Of a stretch of DNA of 56,024 nt, positions 1 to 8,530 are shown piece by piece. The first letter of the stretch is position 1; each line of letters opens with the position of its first letter. The translations under genes and the position numbers were made by a program. The notes under the pieces were generated by a model. That model saw only the letters and a list, made by a program, of their open reading frames with translations, made no database searches and was not told the DNA's origin. Source of the DNA: a virus (taxonomy: Duplodnaviria; Caudoviricetes); the IMG/VR virus record IMGVR_UViG_3300013767_000202, positions 1 through 56,024 of that record; one strand, 5' to 3'.

Positions 1-1050
1 TCATTTCGTGGGCTTCGCAATGGCACCGACGCGACGATAAACGCGCTCTGTTATGTCGCCTTTGGTATGACCCAGCAGGAGACTTGCATCCTCAATACTG
101 GTGATCTCTGACGCTGCTTTAGGTCGGATGTCGCGGAATTGGAACTGACGGATCTTGCTTGCCAGAGCTGCATCTCCATTCTCCAAAGCGGCTTTCGCTG
201 CCTCTTCCCGCGCATCGTCCCATCTGTGCCGGAGCATTGCTGCTGTCACCCTCCGGCCTTCGTCCGTCAGGATCATATAGGGCGAACTGTGCCTCTCGTT
301 TTGCGCTTGAATGCTCCGTATCAGCGCACCAAATTCCGTCTCCCTTCCTTCCACTTCCAGCAAGATCCTGAGCTTCTTGTGGGTCTTGTTCTGCTCGACA
401 TTCAATGCGCCGCCCTCGATATCATCCTTCCTCATCACCAGCACGTCCGCCGGCCTTTGGCCGCTCAGGTAGGCTAGGTCCATTGCGGTCTTCAGCTCTT
501 GAGCCGCTTTCTTGTACACCGCACTCCATACTGCATCGTTTGCGTAGAAGTCCCGAGGGGTCTCCTTGTTCTTTCTGATGCCTTGGCATGGGTTTTCGCG
601 AACTGTAAGCCCCCATTCCCTTGCCATGTTGAAGACGTGGGACAGCGTGGCGATCTCCCTATTTGCCCGAACTTTTGCACTCCTGGCATCACGATATTGC
701 GCGATCTGTGCAGGGGTGATTGCATCAATTGGAGCGTCGTCGAAGTAGGGACGGAGTTGCCGCAATTCTGCTCGGTTGTCCTTCTGGGTGCGCTCGCCTT
801 TCTTAGGTATGACGTCGCGCTCGTATCGATCAAAGATCGCGCGCATGAAGCACAGATCTTTCGGTTTGTCCTTGGCTTCCAGTTCTGCCCACTTGAGGCG
901 CGCCAGGTTCAGATCGCCGCCGAGCGACACCTCCTTCCCCTGTGTGTCCAAATAGTAATAACTGACCCAGATCTTCCCGTTCTTGCGCGTCCGCTGCCTG
1001 ACGTACATTCGCGGTGGCAGGTTACGGTTTTGGGTCTTCCTTGGGCGCAT
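1..1050 (-). CDS. int: Tyrosine recombinase phage integrase
   Basis: 349 aa; catalytic-type motifs GQR, FRDIR, LLGH, VYRR; adjacent to DUF4224 gene. Confidence 0.93.
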   Translation of the reverse strand: MRPRKTQNRNLPPRMYVRQRTRKNGKIWVSYYYLDTQGKEVSLGGDLNLARLKWAELEAKDKPKDLCFMRAIFDRYERDVIPKKGERTQKDNRAELRQLRPYFDDAPIDAITPAQIAQYRDARSAKVRANREIATLSHVFNMAREWGLTVRENPCQGIRKNKETPRDFYANDAVWSAVYKKAAQELKTAMDLAYLSGQRPADVLVMRKDDIEGGALNVEQNKTHKKLRILLEVEGRETEFGALIRSIQAQNERHSSPYMILTDEGRRVTAAMLRHRWDDAREEAAKAALENGDAALASKIRQFQFRDIRPKAASEITSIEDASLLLGHTKGDITERVYRRVGAIAKPTK

Positions 1051-1051
1051 A

Positions 1052-1294
1052 TCACCTCACCTTTGAAATGTCTGGAGTCCAAGCAGGAGCGGCGGCTGGT
1101 GGCGGCATAAGTGGCACCACCTGCAGTGTCACGCCAAGCTTCATACGGACATATTGGCGGCCAACAAGTGGTCGTCCGCTGCGACTCTCGACGAACGTCC
1201 AGCCACGATCGCGGAGCCATCGGCGTTGCCACCCTCTGGCTTTGTAGCCGGTCAGCTCGGCCAGCTCCTCGTCTGAGAGGATTTCGGTTTCCAT
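1052..1294 (-). CDS. DUF4224-like excisionase/DNA-binding protein
   Basis: METEILSDEELAELTGYK...QRRWL...GRPLV pattern, directly upstream of int; start after GGAG. Confidence 0.75.
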   Translation of the reverse strand: METEILSDEELAELTGYKARGWQRRWLRDRGWTFVESRSGRPLVGRQYVRMKLGVTLQVVPLMPPPAAAPAWTPDISKVR

Positions 1295-1332
1295 GAGGTA
1301 TTGCTCCATGCCGCGCTGCGGCAGAAGGGGGA

Positions 1333-1635
1333 TTAGGGTTTGAACTCGACAGCCGAGCAAAGAGTGCGCGCATGATCGAGCAGTGGAGCCGACCAGTCCT
1401 CGCCAACGCCAACGCCAACGCCAACGCCGTCGTCGAAGGCGAACAGCATTCCGCCCAGGGCTTTGCGCAGCGCTTCGTTCTCTGCGTTCAGCCCGGTGAT
1501 TTCATCGATCGACTGCTTGTGAAGTGCGATGTCGGTGGCGAGAGGCGTAGGTGGCGTTTGAGAAATACCGCTGTACTTGCGCGTGCGCCCCTTCAGGCGC
1601 TCCAGGAGCGGGCGCCCGTCTAATGCATTACTCAT
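1333..1635 (-). CDS. Hypothetical phage protein with GV repeat
   Basis: ORF from ATG 1635 with GGAG RBS. Confidence 0.6.
   Translation of the reverse strand: MSNALDGRPLLERLKGRTRKYSGISQTPPTPLATDIALHKQSIDEITGLNAENEALRKALGGMLFAFDDGVGVGVGVGEDWSAPLLDHARTLCSAVEFKP
1401..1428. repeat. Hexamer tandem repeat (CGCCAA)x4+
   Basis: cgccaacgccaacgccaacgccaacgcc, in-frame, encodes GVGVGVG on the minus strand. Confidence 0.9.
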
Positions 1636-1675
1636 GTGTTTCTCCGTGCCGCGCTGCGGCAGAAGGTGGTGAGGA

Positions 1676-1846
1676 TTACGCAGAGCGCTTGCCGTCGGCG
1701 TCGAGCCTGTAGTAGCTGCGGCAGTTGCAGCGTGGGCAGACCAGATCGCGCACACCACCGAGACAGTTGCTCGGTACGCTGACGCGCTCGCCGTGTTTGT
1801 GTTTGTTCCGGCACCTGGTGCACTGCACTTTCTCTTCTTCGAGCAT
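1676..1846 (-). CDS. Small zinc-ribbon protein (56 aa, not in ORF track)
   Basis: Hand translation MLEEEKVQCTRC...CPRCNCRSYY; two CxxC motifs; GAGGA RBS. Confidence 0.65.
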   Translation of the reverse strand: MLEEEKVQCTRCRNKHKHGERVSVPSNCLGGVRDLVCPRCNCRSYYRLDADGKRSA

Positions 1847-2007
1847 GCGAATTCCTCGCCCGCCGTGTGGCAGGCAGTTCAGATTGTTGAATGGGGTGTT
1901 TCAGATCTTGCTGATGGGCCCCAGCGTTGCGCCGTGGCATTGTTTCTGCGTTCGCCCGGCCCGTTGTCCTGGCAGGAGCCGACTACGTGCGGGCCGCGGC
2001 GAACTCT

Positions 2008-2190
2008 TCAGTCCCTGTAGCCGGCGCTGATGCGGTCGGCGATCCCTTTCAGGCGCTCTGCCATTCCCCACATGTCGTTGTTGTCGCGGCGGGAGACGAC
2101 GGCGGAGCGGTGGACGTTGCGGCCGATCAGGATGCTTGCCGCGAACCTGATTAGCCACGCCTCGGCCTTCCGGCGAAAGAACCGGTTCAT
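2008..2190 (-). CDS. Hypothetical phage protein
   Basis: 60 aa, ATGA-coupled to upstream gene. Confidence 0.55.
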   Translation of the reverse strand: MNRFFRRKAEAWLIRFAASILIGRNVHRSAVVSRRDNNDMWGMAERLKGIADRISAGYRD

Positions 2191-2561
2191 GGCATCAGCT
2201 CCGCGGGGATGCTGACTACCAAGCCGAACTCAGTCGCGACGACCGCACGGCACACAGCAATCAGCGGCGTACTCCCCTCAGCGCTGTGTAGAGGCTCCTC
2301 ATCATCACGAAACAGATCGGCGCGCCACTGACCTTCGTACTCCGGCATCAGGCAAATGCGGTGCTTCTCAATCAGTGGGGCACCGACGCTCCCGTCGGTA
2401 GATGGCGACCAGTGCGTGCCGATGCAGCGGTCCCCCGAATACCAGTAGACGTGTTTCAGGCCATCCGGCGTGTGCTGTCGCATTCCTTCAGCCTTCGCAA
2501 CAGCCCAGTCCAGCGCCGCTCCGATCAGGTCGGCGGTCTTCACTTCGATCATGTCTGTCAT
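2187..2561 (-). CDS. DUF2591/NinX-like phage protein
   Basis: ALDWAVAKAEG, WSPSTD, TPLIAVCRAVV motifs. Confidence 0.75.
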   Translation of the reverse strand: MTDMIEVKTADLIGAALDWAVAKAEGMRQHTPDGLKHVYWYSGDRCIGTHWSPSTDGSVGAPLIEKHRICLMPEYEGQWRADLFRDDEEPLHSAEGSTPLIAVCRAVVATEFGLVVSIPAELMP

Positions 2562-2628
2562 GGCTTCGGCCCCTTGTAGCAGTACACATAGGCGAACCAG
2601 GCGAGGGCTGGCGCTGAGAGAAAAATCA

Positions 2629-3078
2629 TCAGCAGTACCCCCAGACCAGGCCCTGGATGTGTTCGTTCGGAATGATCAGCTTGTCAGCGACGGGCGCCTC
2701 ATTGGCCACAGACAGATCACCGAAGTAACCCAGCGCCGCACGAGCGCGCTCCAACGTCAGCTCGGCATGCCCCAGCTGACGCGACTTGCGGATCTTGTAG
2801 GAGCGCAGAGCATGCGCTTTGTCGGGGTATGCGAAACGCTTACCGCCGGAATCCTTCGATACGCGCTTGCGACGCTTCTTCACGTCTTCAGCGGTCCAGC
2901 TGTACTGGTAGCCGTTGATCATGTTCACCGTGTAGTCGTCGGCGATATACCAGTACTGCGCAGTTTCACCGATCACCTGATAGGTGACGCAATGAACCTC
3001 AAGGCCGTCCGGACCAATGTCATCAACGTAACGGTAATGGTCTGGGCCGAGCTTTTTCTTTTCCATGGGCGCACTCAT
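2629..3078 (-). CDS. Hypothetical phage protein
   Basis: 149 aa ORF with AAGGA RBS in the leftward operon. Confidence 0.65.
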   Translation of the reverse strand: MSAPMEKKKLGPDHYRYVDDIGPDGLEVHCVTYQVIGETAQYWYIADDYTVNMINGYQYSWTAEDVKKRRKRVSKDSGGKRFAYPDKAHALRSYKIRKSRQLGHAELTLERARAALGYFGDLSVANEAPVADKLIIPNEHIQGLVWGYC

Positions 3079-3117
3079 CCTTGCCGCTATAGCGGCTGAC
3101 TTTGAAGGGGGAGGGAG

Positions 3118-3816
3118 TTAAGGCTTGGCGTGAATTTCGAGGAGGTGCTCGATTTGGTTCGACATCTGGCCACCGTCCTGCGCGGTTACGACAAGTTCAA
3201 GCGCCCAGTCTTCCAACCAGTTGCGCGGTACGCCGATAATCTGCGTGTCAGGCGCATCGGTGCAGTCAAGCGGCCAGGCCCTGAGTATCTTGTCCCCGCG
3301 ATATGCCAGCAGGGCGTCGCCGGTTTCTTTGTCAGTCCATTTGCCGTCGGCGTCCAGCATGGCGAACGTCAGCGCCACATCGCGCTCACCGTCCCAGTTG
3401 TCGATGTGGCGTACGGCATAGAGACCTGGCTTGTAGGCTGGAGGCTTGCCGTCCGTGCCGAGCGATCTGGCCGCGATATCCCTGATAACCTCAACAGAGG
3501 CGACCCGCATACTGCATTCATCTTCGGCGAAGGCGTCGGCGCGGTCGTGAATTCGCGTCAACGCGACTTTTTGCTCGGAAATCAGCTGATCCGCTGCGTT
3601 CAGGCGCAGCTGCAGGGCGGCATTCTCGGCGGTGACCCGGTCGAGTTCGGCGCGGTTAATCAGCTCGACGTAAACGTCATCGGTGCCGTTGACCAGGCGC
3701 TGCTGAAGCTCTTCGATCAGTTTCATGTCCGGCTGGAAGTCGTTCTCGCCAAGCTCGGTTGCGTCGAAGGCGCCGCCCAGCACCAAAATCGCCAATGTTT
3801 GTATTTCACTCATCAT
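3118..3816 (-). CDS. Hypothetical phage protein (coiled-coil, mosaic)
   Basis: 232 aa ORF, operon context. Confidence 0.65.
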   Translation of the reverse strand: MMSEIQTLAILVLGGAFDATELGENDFQPDMKLIEELQQRLVNGTDDVYVELINRAELDRVTAENAALQLRLNAADQLISEQKVALTRIHDRADAFAEDECSMRVASVEVIRDIAARSLGTDGKPPAYKPGLYAVRHIDNWDGERDVALTFAMLDADGKWTDKETGDALLAYRGDKILRAWPLDCTDAPDTQIIGVPRNWLEDWALELVVTAQDGGQMSNQIEHLLEIHAKP

Positions 3817-3826
3817 GCAATCCTTT

Positions 3827-4342
3827 TCAATTGTCGGTACCGGTGTAGGTGCCAGTCAGGACTGGACGTCTGGTTCGTTTGGCAAACCCCTCCGCTGTTG
3901 CGATAGGAATTCCGGTGATGGCGCTGATTTCCTTCATTGACATCCCGCCGTCGTATAGTTGCCTGACTTTCAGCACTGCTGAGTCAGGGTGCTTCAGCTT
4001 TCCGTTTGTTCTCCCGCGCGCCGTGGTGCCGTGGGCATCACGATCCCGCATGTTCTGAACATGCAGCACCCAGCGGAGATTGCTTGAGGCGTTGTTGTGG
4101 CGATCGCCATCGCTGTGAGCAACTTCATGCTCAGGTGATGGGCTTTCGCCGAGGAAGGTGATGGCGATCAACCGGTGAGCTAGAAAGGTTTTGAACACCA
4201 TCTTGTTCCACAGCTGGACATTCAAGTACCCGGACTTGTGCGGGGACTGCTTCAGCACGCGACCCGTCTTGGTATTTCTCACGCGCCCGAAATTGCTGGC
4301 CTCGTATGGCCAACCGGGAACAGGTTTCCAGACTTCACTCAT
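3827..4342 (-). CDS. NUMOD4-motif HNH homing endonuclease
   Basis: EVWKPVPG..YEASNFGRVR (NUMOD4); HRLIA..F...VAHSDGDRHNNASSNLRW (HNH). Confidence 0.9.
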   Translation of the reverse strand: MSEVWKPVPGWPYEASNFGRVRNTKTGRVLKQSPHKSGYLNVQLWNKMVFKTFLAHRLIAITFLGESPSPEHEVAHSDGDRHNNASSNLRWVLHVQNMRDRDAHGTTARGRTNGKLKHPDSAVLKVRQLYDGGMSMKEISAITGIPIATAEGFAKRTRRPVLTGTYTGTDN

Positions 4343-4484
4343 GGCAGCGACCCATGTACATCTCGGCGCCGTCGGCGGACATGATGTGCTGGTACGGGGT
4401 GAGCTTGGCGCGGGCGATGAGCCATTCGGCGATTGCCGGGCGGCCCAGGAGCTTGGCGATTAGGCGCCAAAAGAAGTTGATCAT
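4335..4484 (-). pseudogene. Possibly truncated 49-aa N-terminus of a conserved Pseudomonas phage protein
   Basis: MINFFWRLIAKLLGRPAIAEWLIARAKLTPYQHIMSADGAEMYMGR then stops at the start of the HNH gene; longer homologs are recalled, not verified. Confidence 0.45.
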
Positions 4485-5080
4485 GCTGCGTGCTCCTTCT
4501 GGTAGAAGTCCCACGCGGCTTTGTCGCCCTGGGCCACGTACCAGGTCAGGGTTCCGTCTCCATCGTGATCACTTACCGATCCTCCGTACTGCGAGCCAGG
4601 GAACTGGAACTTGGCCGACATAGAAACCCGTGGCCACCCGATGCTCCACTCGGTAAAGGTCAGATCAGGACGCTCTGCCAGTACCTTTGCCTTGAAGGCC
4701 TCGCCCTTGGCGTTCGCGTCTGAGATCTCCTTGTCCCGCGCATCTTTGCAGCCCTGATCGCAGTAAGCGTGCCGGCCGTCGTAGACGATCTGGAGCGGGT
4801 TACCTTCGTCGTCTTCCTCGTCATCGTAGAGCTGGTTCTCGCAGTTGTTGCAGTACAGCCACCAACCCTGCTCGTGGTAGGCCTTGGCCGGGATGAAGCT
4901 CTGACCTGCGAACTGATCAGCCCACGGCGCGCGCCGGCAGAAATCCACCTCTTCGAAGGTCAGGTTCAACTCGTTGCCACCTTCGCGGCGCGCTGTAGCA
5001 CTGTTGGTGGCGAAGGTAATGACGTGCTCACCTTCGGAGCCTTCACCGACGTGATAGGCCTTCATCTTTTCTGTGGGCAT
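4481..5080 (-). CDS. Hypothetical phage protein (CxxC motifs)
   Basis: ORF with WWLYCNNC and YCDQGC; start MPTEK chosen. Confidence 0.65.
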   Translation of the reverse strand: MPTEKMKAYHVGEGSEGEHVITFATNSATARREGGNELNLTFEEVDFCRRAPWADQFAGQSFIPAKAYHEQGWWLYCNNCENQLYDDEEDDEGNPLQIVYDGRHAYCDQGCKDARDKEISDANAKGEAFKAKVLAERPDLTFTEWSIGWPRVSMSAKFQFPGSQYGGSVSDHDGDGTLTWYVAQGDKAAWDFYQKEHAA

Positions 5081-5186
5081 GGGGCGTCCTATCCGGGGCA
5101 TGCCCGGGTGACTGATGAACGAAGAGGTGTTGAGGTTCAATCTGTAGGCTAGGATCAGCTCAAACTGACATCATCCGTATCTTTAG

Positions 5187-5582
5187 GTGGGGCGAATTGG
5201 CGTGGAGAGAAGGACAATAGGGATTGTTTTGGCGATTGGGCTGGCCGGTCTCGTTGGAAAGGGGATGATCGATAGTAGAAATCGACCAAACACCAGCACG
5301 CTGCCCGCTAATGTGGCGCTTGGATCGCAGAGTTCAGAGCGTTCCCTTGAGGAAATGTACCCGGCACCATGGATCAAGGCTGAAGAATTCAGTATCACGC
5401 GCGCACTTAACGAGGCAGGCGCTGATAACTGCAGCAAGTACCGGTATCGTGTGAGCAGCGGCAGCAAGACGGAGTTTCTGGTTTATTGCACTCTCGGCGG
5501 GAAGGCGACCAAGGCATTCATGGTGTGGCCGAACATTCATAAGGTACTTGGGCCTTATCCGCCAGATCCTTCGCTGCCGTGA
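5187..5582 (+). CDS. Membrane-anchored/exported moron protein
   Basis: Opposite strand to neighbours; N-terminal hydrophobic segment TIGIVLAIGLAGLVG. Confidence 0.6.
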   Translation: MGRIGVERRTIGIVLAIGLAGLVGKGMIDSRNRPNTSTLPANVALGSQSSERSLEEMYPAPWIKAEEFSITRALNEAGADNCSKYRYRVSSGSKTEFLVYCTLGGKATKAFMVWPNIHKVLGPYPPDPSLP

Positions 5583-5636
5583 CCCTCGCCAGCTGGCGTG
5601 ATTGTTGAGTAGGTGGAATGCAGTGGAAGAGGGCGA

Positions 5637-6004
5637 CTACAGCGATGCTTCACCGGTATCAATCTTGCGAAGCTCAAGCACTTCAATGCGCTGCGTGCCG
5701 TCGGTGATCACCCAGCAGGGCAGGTCGAGGTTCTGAAATGTGCCACGGTAGGCCCGGTAAGCGCCCAGGGCTGCTTTTCGAAAGCAGTCCGCCGAGACGC
5801 GCCCGATCTGGATTGGCTTACCCCCCCCAGCAGACTCAGCTCGAACACCACGGCGTTTTGAATGCGCTTTGCTGCGGCCCGAATGGTGTTCGGTGCCAGT
5901 TGAAACTCCTTTGCAACCTCGACCACGTGCTTGTAGAGCAGGGCATCGTGGATCTGTTGGTCGCGGGCGCCGTTACGCAGGCCCGCGTAGATGACTGCTT
6001 GCAT
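5637..6004 (-). pseudogene. Hypothetical protein frameshifted at a G8 tract
   Basis: ORF from 6004 shifts at C8 (5821-5828, + strand); the alternative frame continues GKPIQIGRVSADCFRK...EASL* to 5637. Confidence 0.6.
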
Positions 6005-6031
6005 GGGTACTCTCCAGGGAAGGCGCCGGCA

Positions 6032-7411
6032 TCAAGCTGGCTTTTTCGGATAGGTCTTGGTCAGCGCACCATTGACGACATGACCGCGCTTTAGCGCGAC
6101 GCGAGCCAGCTTCTCTCGATCCTTGGCGCTGTGGCTGGCCTGCCCGAGCAGGCCGAAGTAACTGTTGGCCGTCTCGCGTAACTCCTCAGTCGGCGCCGCG
6201 GCCGTGCGCTTCAGCGCCTGCGCCACGGACCGTTTACGAGTTGTGCGGCGCCAGGGCTTGATCACATGCCCGACGAAGTCGACGCCGCGGTCGACCGGCT
6301 GCAGGATCGTTTTCTTCGGGTTGAGTCGGGCGCCCAAGCTCGGCAGGAACGCCTCAATCTGGGCCAGCCACTGATTGAGCTGCTGCGGTGACTCGTGCAA
6401 CAGGACGAAGTCGTCGACGTACCTGATGTAGTGCTTGGCCTTGAGCGCGTGCTTGCAGAACTGGTCCAGGGCATCCAGATACACATTCGCGAAGAACTGC
6501 GACGACAGATTGCCGATTGGCAGCCCGAGGTGCGCCGGCTGCGCGGTCAGGCGCTTATGCTGCGGCACCCGGTTGAACAGATGCGCGGGGCTGCGCACCT
6601 CGTAGTTCTCCCGCGGATCGTGCATCAGGATCTGTTCGGCGAGGGCCCGCCACCAAGGTTCGTTGATTCGGGCGGCCAGCTGCCGGGCAAGCACACGCTT
6701 GTCGATCGACACGAAGAAGTTGGCCAGGTCCAGCTTTAGATACCAGCATGGCCTCGACCAGTTCTGGCTGGCACTGCGGATCTTCGCCTCAAGCCGCTTT
6801 GCGGCGTACAGCGTGCCGCGTCCGGGGATACAAGCGCAGCTGTCCGCTATGAAGCTGCGCTCGATAGCTGGGCCGATGTGGTTGTACAGCAGGTGATGCA
6901 CGATGCGGTCGCGGAAGTCGGCAGCCCAGACCTCGCGGGCTTTTGGCCTTGTGATGACGAAACAGATGGAGCGGCCTGGCCGGTAAGTGCCAGCGATCAG
7001 GTCGTCGTAAAGCTCCAGCAGGTTGATCTCCATGTCCTGCTCGTATCGCCTGGCGCTTGCGGTATTCCGCTTGCGCCGCCGGCAATCGTAGTAGGCCTGG
7101 ACAAGATCCTCGAACTGGAAAGGGGCAACACTTGAATCTGCGGACGGGGCGCACGAGGCGCTCGTTGTTCTTGTCGTCGTAGTTGAGCCAGCCATTCTCA
7201 AAGTCCATGTTGTAGGCGTTGTTGGCTGAGTACTGCGACTTGTCGTGCTATCTACATCGCTCTGCCGAAGGCAATGCCGATCAGCAGAGAAACTGCGCGA
7301 GACCAGCCCGAACGCTTTAGATCGGCGGTATCTCTGATGCGCATGGCGGTGTCCAGCTGGACAGCGGCACGACCAGATTCGGCGCACAGGCAGGAGGGCC
7401 GTAACCCTCAA
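6032..7411 (-). CDS. DGR reverse transcriptase (start uncertain: TTG 7411 or ATG 7195)
   Basis: FRDRIVHH, YLKLDLANFFVSI, GLPIGNLSSQFFANVYL (DGR-type SQ motif), YIRYVDDF, GVDFVG. Confidence 0.95.
   Translation of the reverse strand: MRVTALLPVRRIWSCRCPAGHRHAHQRYRRSKAFGLVSRSFSADRHCLRQSDVDSTTSRSTQPTTPTTWTLRMAGSTTTTRTTSASCAPSADSSVAPFQFEDLVQAYYDCRRRKRNTASARRYEQDMEINLLELYDDLIAGTYRPGRSICFVITRPKAREVWAADFRDRIVHHLLYNHIGPAIERSFIADSCACIPGRGTLYAAKRLEAKIRSASQNWSRPCWYLKLDLANFFVSIDKRVLARQLAARINEPWWRALAEQILMHDPRENYEVRSPAHLFNRVPQHKRLTAQPAHLGLPIGNLSSQFFANVYLDALDQFCKHALKAKHYIRYVDDFVLLHESPQQLNQWLAQIEAFLPSLGARLNPKKTILQPVDRGVDFVGHVIKPWRRTTRKRSVAQALKRTAAAPTEELRETANSYFGLLGQASHSAKDREKLARVALKRGHVVNGALTKTYPKKPA
7134..7238 (-). 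repeat. DGR template repeat (TR)
   Basis: ~105 nt with 7 AAY codons in the VR frame (SQYSANNAYNMDFENGWLNYDDKNNERLVRPVRRF); differs from three VRs only at adenines. Confidence 0.95.
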
Positions 7412-7761
7412 GCAGCGGGCGCGGTTGCGGATTTCTTCCAGGCGTTCGCCTGGCGGCCGACTGAGGCCGTGAGCTTCATAACCTTGGCGTGCTGACCCCG
7501 GCTTATGGCGCCAGAGTCAGAAAGAGCCCTGAACAGGTAGTTGAGCGCCCAGGTGTTCTCGATTACCTGGGTAAGGTGCTGACGCTTGTCTCGCGCCATG
7601 TTGGCCCGCCCAATCAGCAGCAGGATTTCAAGGCCTATGTCTCGAATTTTACTGCCGGCGACTTGCTTCAAGTCGCGAGGAATATGGCGGACCAGGTTGA
7701 GAGAGAACTGGAACAGCTCGTCGGCCACCTTGTGGATTTCCAGCTCCGTGTGCAGGGCCAT
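7408..7761 (-). CDS. avd: DGR accessory variability determinant (Avd, four-helix bundle)
   Basis: 117 aa basic helical protein (IPRDLK...G..IR...GRAN...VGRQANAWKK) between target gene and TR/RT. Confidence 0.85.
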   Translation of the reverse strand: MALHTELEIHKVADELFQFSLNLVRHIPRDLKQVAGSKIRDIGLEILLLIGRANMARDKRQHLTQVIENTWALNYLFRALSDSGAISRGQHAKVMKLTASVGRQANAWKKSATAPAA

Positions 7762-7782
7762 CCTGGCTTCCTCGAAAAGCGA

Positions 7783-7798
7783 GGGCGCCTCGGCGCCC
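7783..7798 (-). promoter_or_regulatory. GC-rich hairpin/cruciform 3' of VR1 (candidate retrohoming element)
   Basis: GGGCGCC-GA-GGCGCCC about 33 nt downstream of VR1. Confidence 0.6.
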
Positions 7799-7818
7799 AT
7801 GAATGAAGGATTGAATGA

Positions 7819-8412
7819 TCAGAAGTACTTTCTGCGGACGGGGCGCACGAGGCGCTCGTAGCTCTTGTCGTCGCAGAGGAGCCAGCCATTCTCAAAGTCC
7901 ATGCCGTAGGCGTAGCCGGCTGAGTACTGCGAACTGGTCCAGTGCCAAGGCTTTCTGAACAGATGTGGCACTGTGATTTCGAGATGGGTTGCCTCACGCC
8001 TGGCCATGAGATAGAAGTCCTTGTGCCCATCGCGCTCGAAGCTTGCGCAGAACCGGGCGGCAGGGTGGTCGTGTTCTCGGTTGCTGCTTGCCAGAAAAGC
8101 AGTGTTGGCCTGTCCGTCCCATGGCGATTTGGCGCCGTCGTGTTCATGGCCGTAGCCACCCCACTCGACGTCGGTTTCGGCATCTGCGCCCGTCGGGACG
8201 ATCAGGTAGTAGGGGCGATCACCGCCCTGGAACAGTCCGCCATTCACACCGCCTTCGCCCGGCCAGATTTCGCCGATGGCGGGAATGCCGCTTGCAGACG
8301 CGACTGGCACAGCGCCGATCGCCAGAGAAGCCAGCTTGAGCACCACCGATTTATCTGGGCTGCTGATCGTCAGGTCGCCGCAGGTGTAGGTCGTCAGTTG
8401 ATTCGCTTGCAT
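7819..8412 (-). CDS. DGR target protein 1 (DUF1566-like/CLec fold)
   Basis: C-terminal VR1; WHWTSSQYS...RLVRPVRR; no signal peptide. Confidence 0.88.
   Translation of the reverse strand: MQANQLTTYTCGDLTISSPDKSVVLKLASLAIGAVPVASASGIPAIGEIWPGEGGVNGGLFQGGDRPYYLIVPTGADAETDVEWGGYGHEHDGAKSPWDGQANTAFLASSNREHDHPAARFCASFERDGHKDFYLMARREATHLEITVPHLFRKPWHWTSSQYSAGYAYGMDFENGWLLCDDKSYERLVRPVRRKYF
7831..7932 (-). repeat. DGR variable repeat VR1
   Basis: 102 nt aligned to TR 7137-7238, 10 mismatches, all at TR adenines. Confidence 0.95.
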
Positions 8413-8530
8413 GGGATGCTCCTGTGAGCTGAATAGGGTGCAGGCGGCCGGAGCTTCCCGACACGCTTCTGGTCTGATCGTCATCCTGACGACCCCGGAA
8501 TCGCCTGCAAAAAAGGAATGAAGAAGCGAA

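Noticed and set aside
6789-7208. 139-aa ORF starting MDFENGWLNY as a fourth target
   Set aside because: It is the TR read in the VR frame running into an alternate frame of RT; it lacks the target N-terminal domain.
6032-7411. RT as group II intron or retron
   Set aside because: No maturase/endonuclease extension or msr-msd evident; the SQ motif, Avd and TR/VR identify a DGR.
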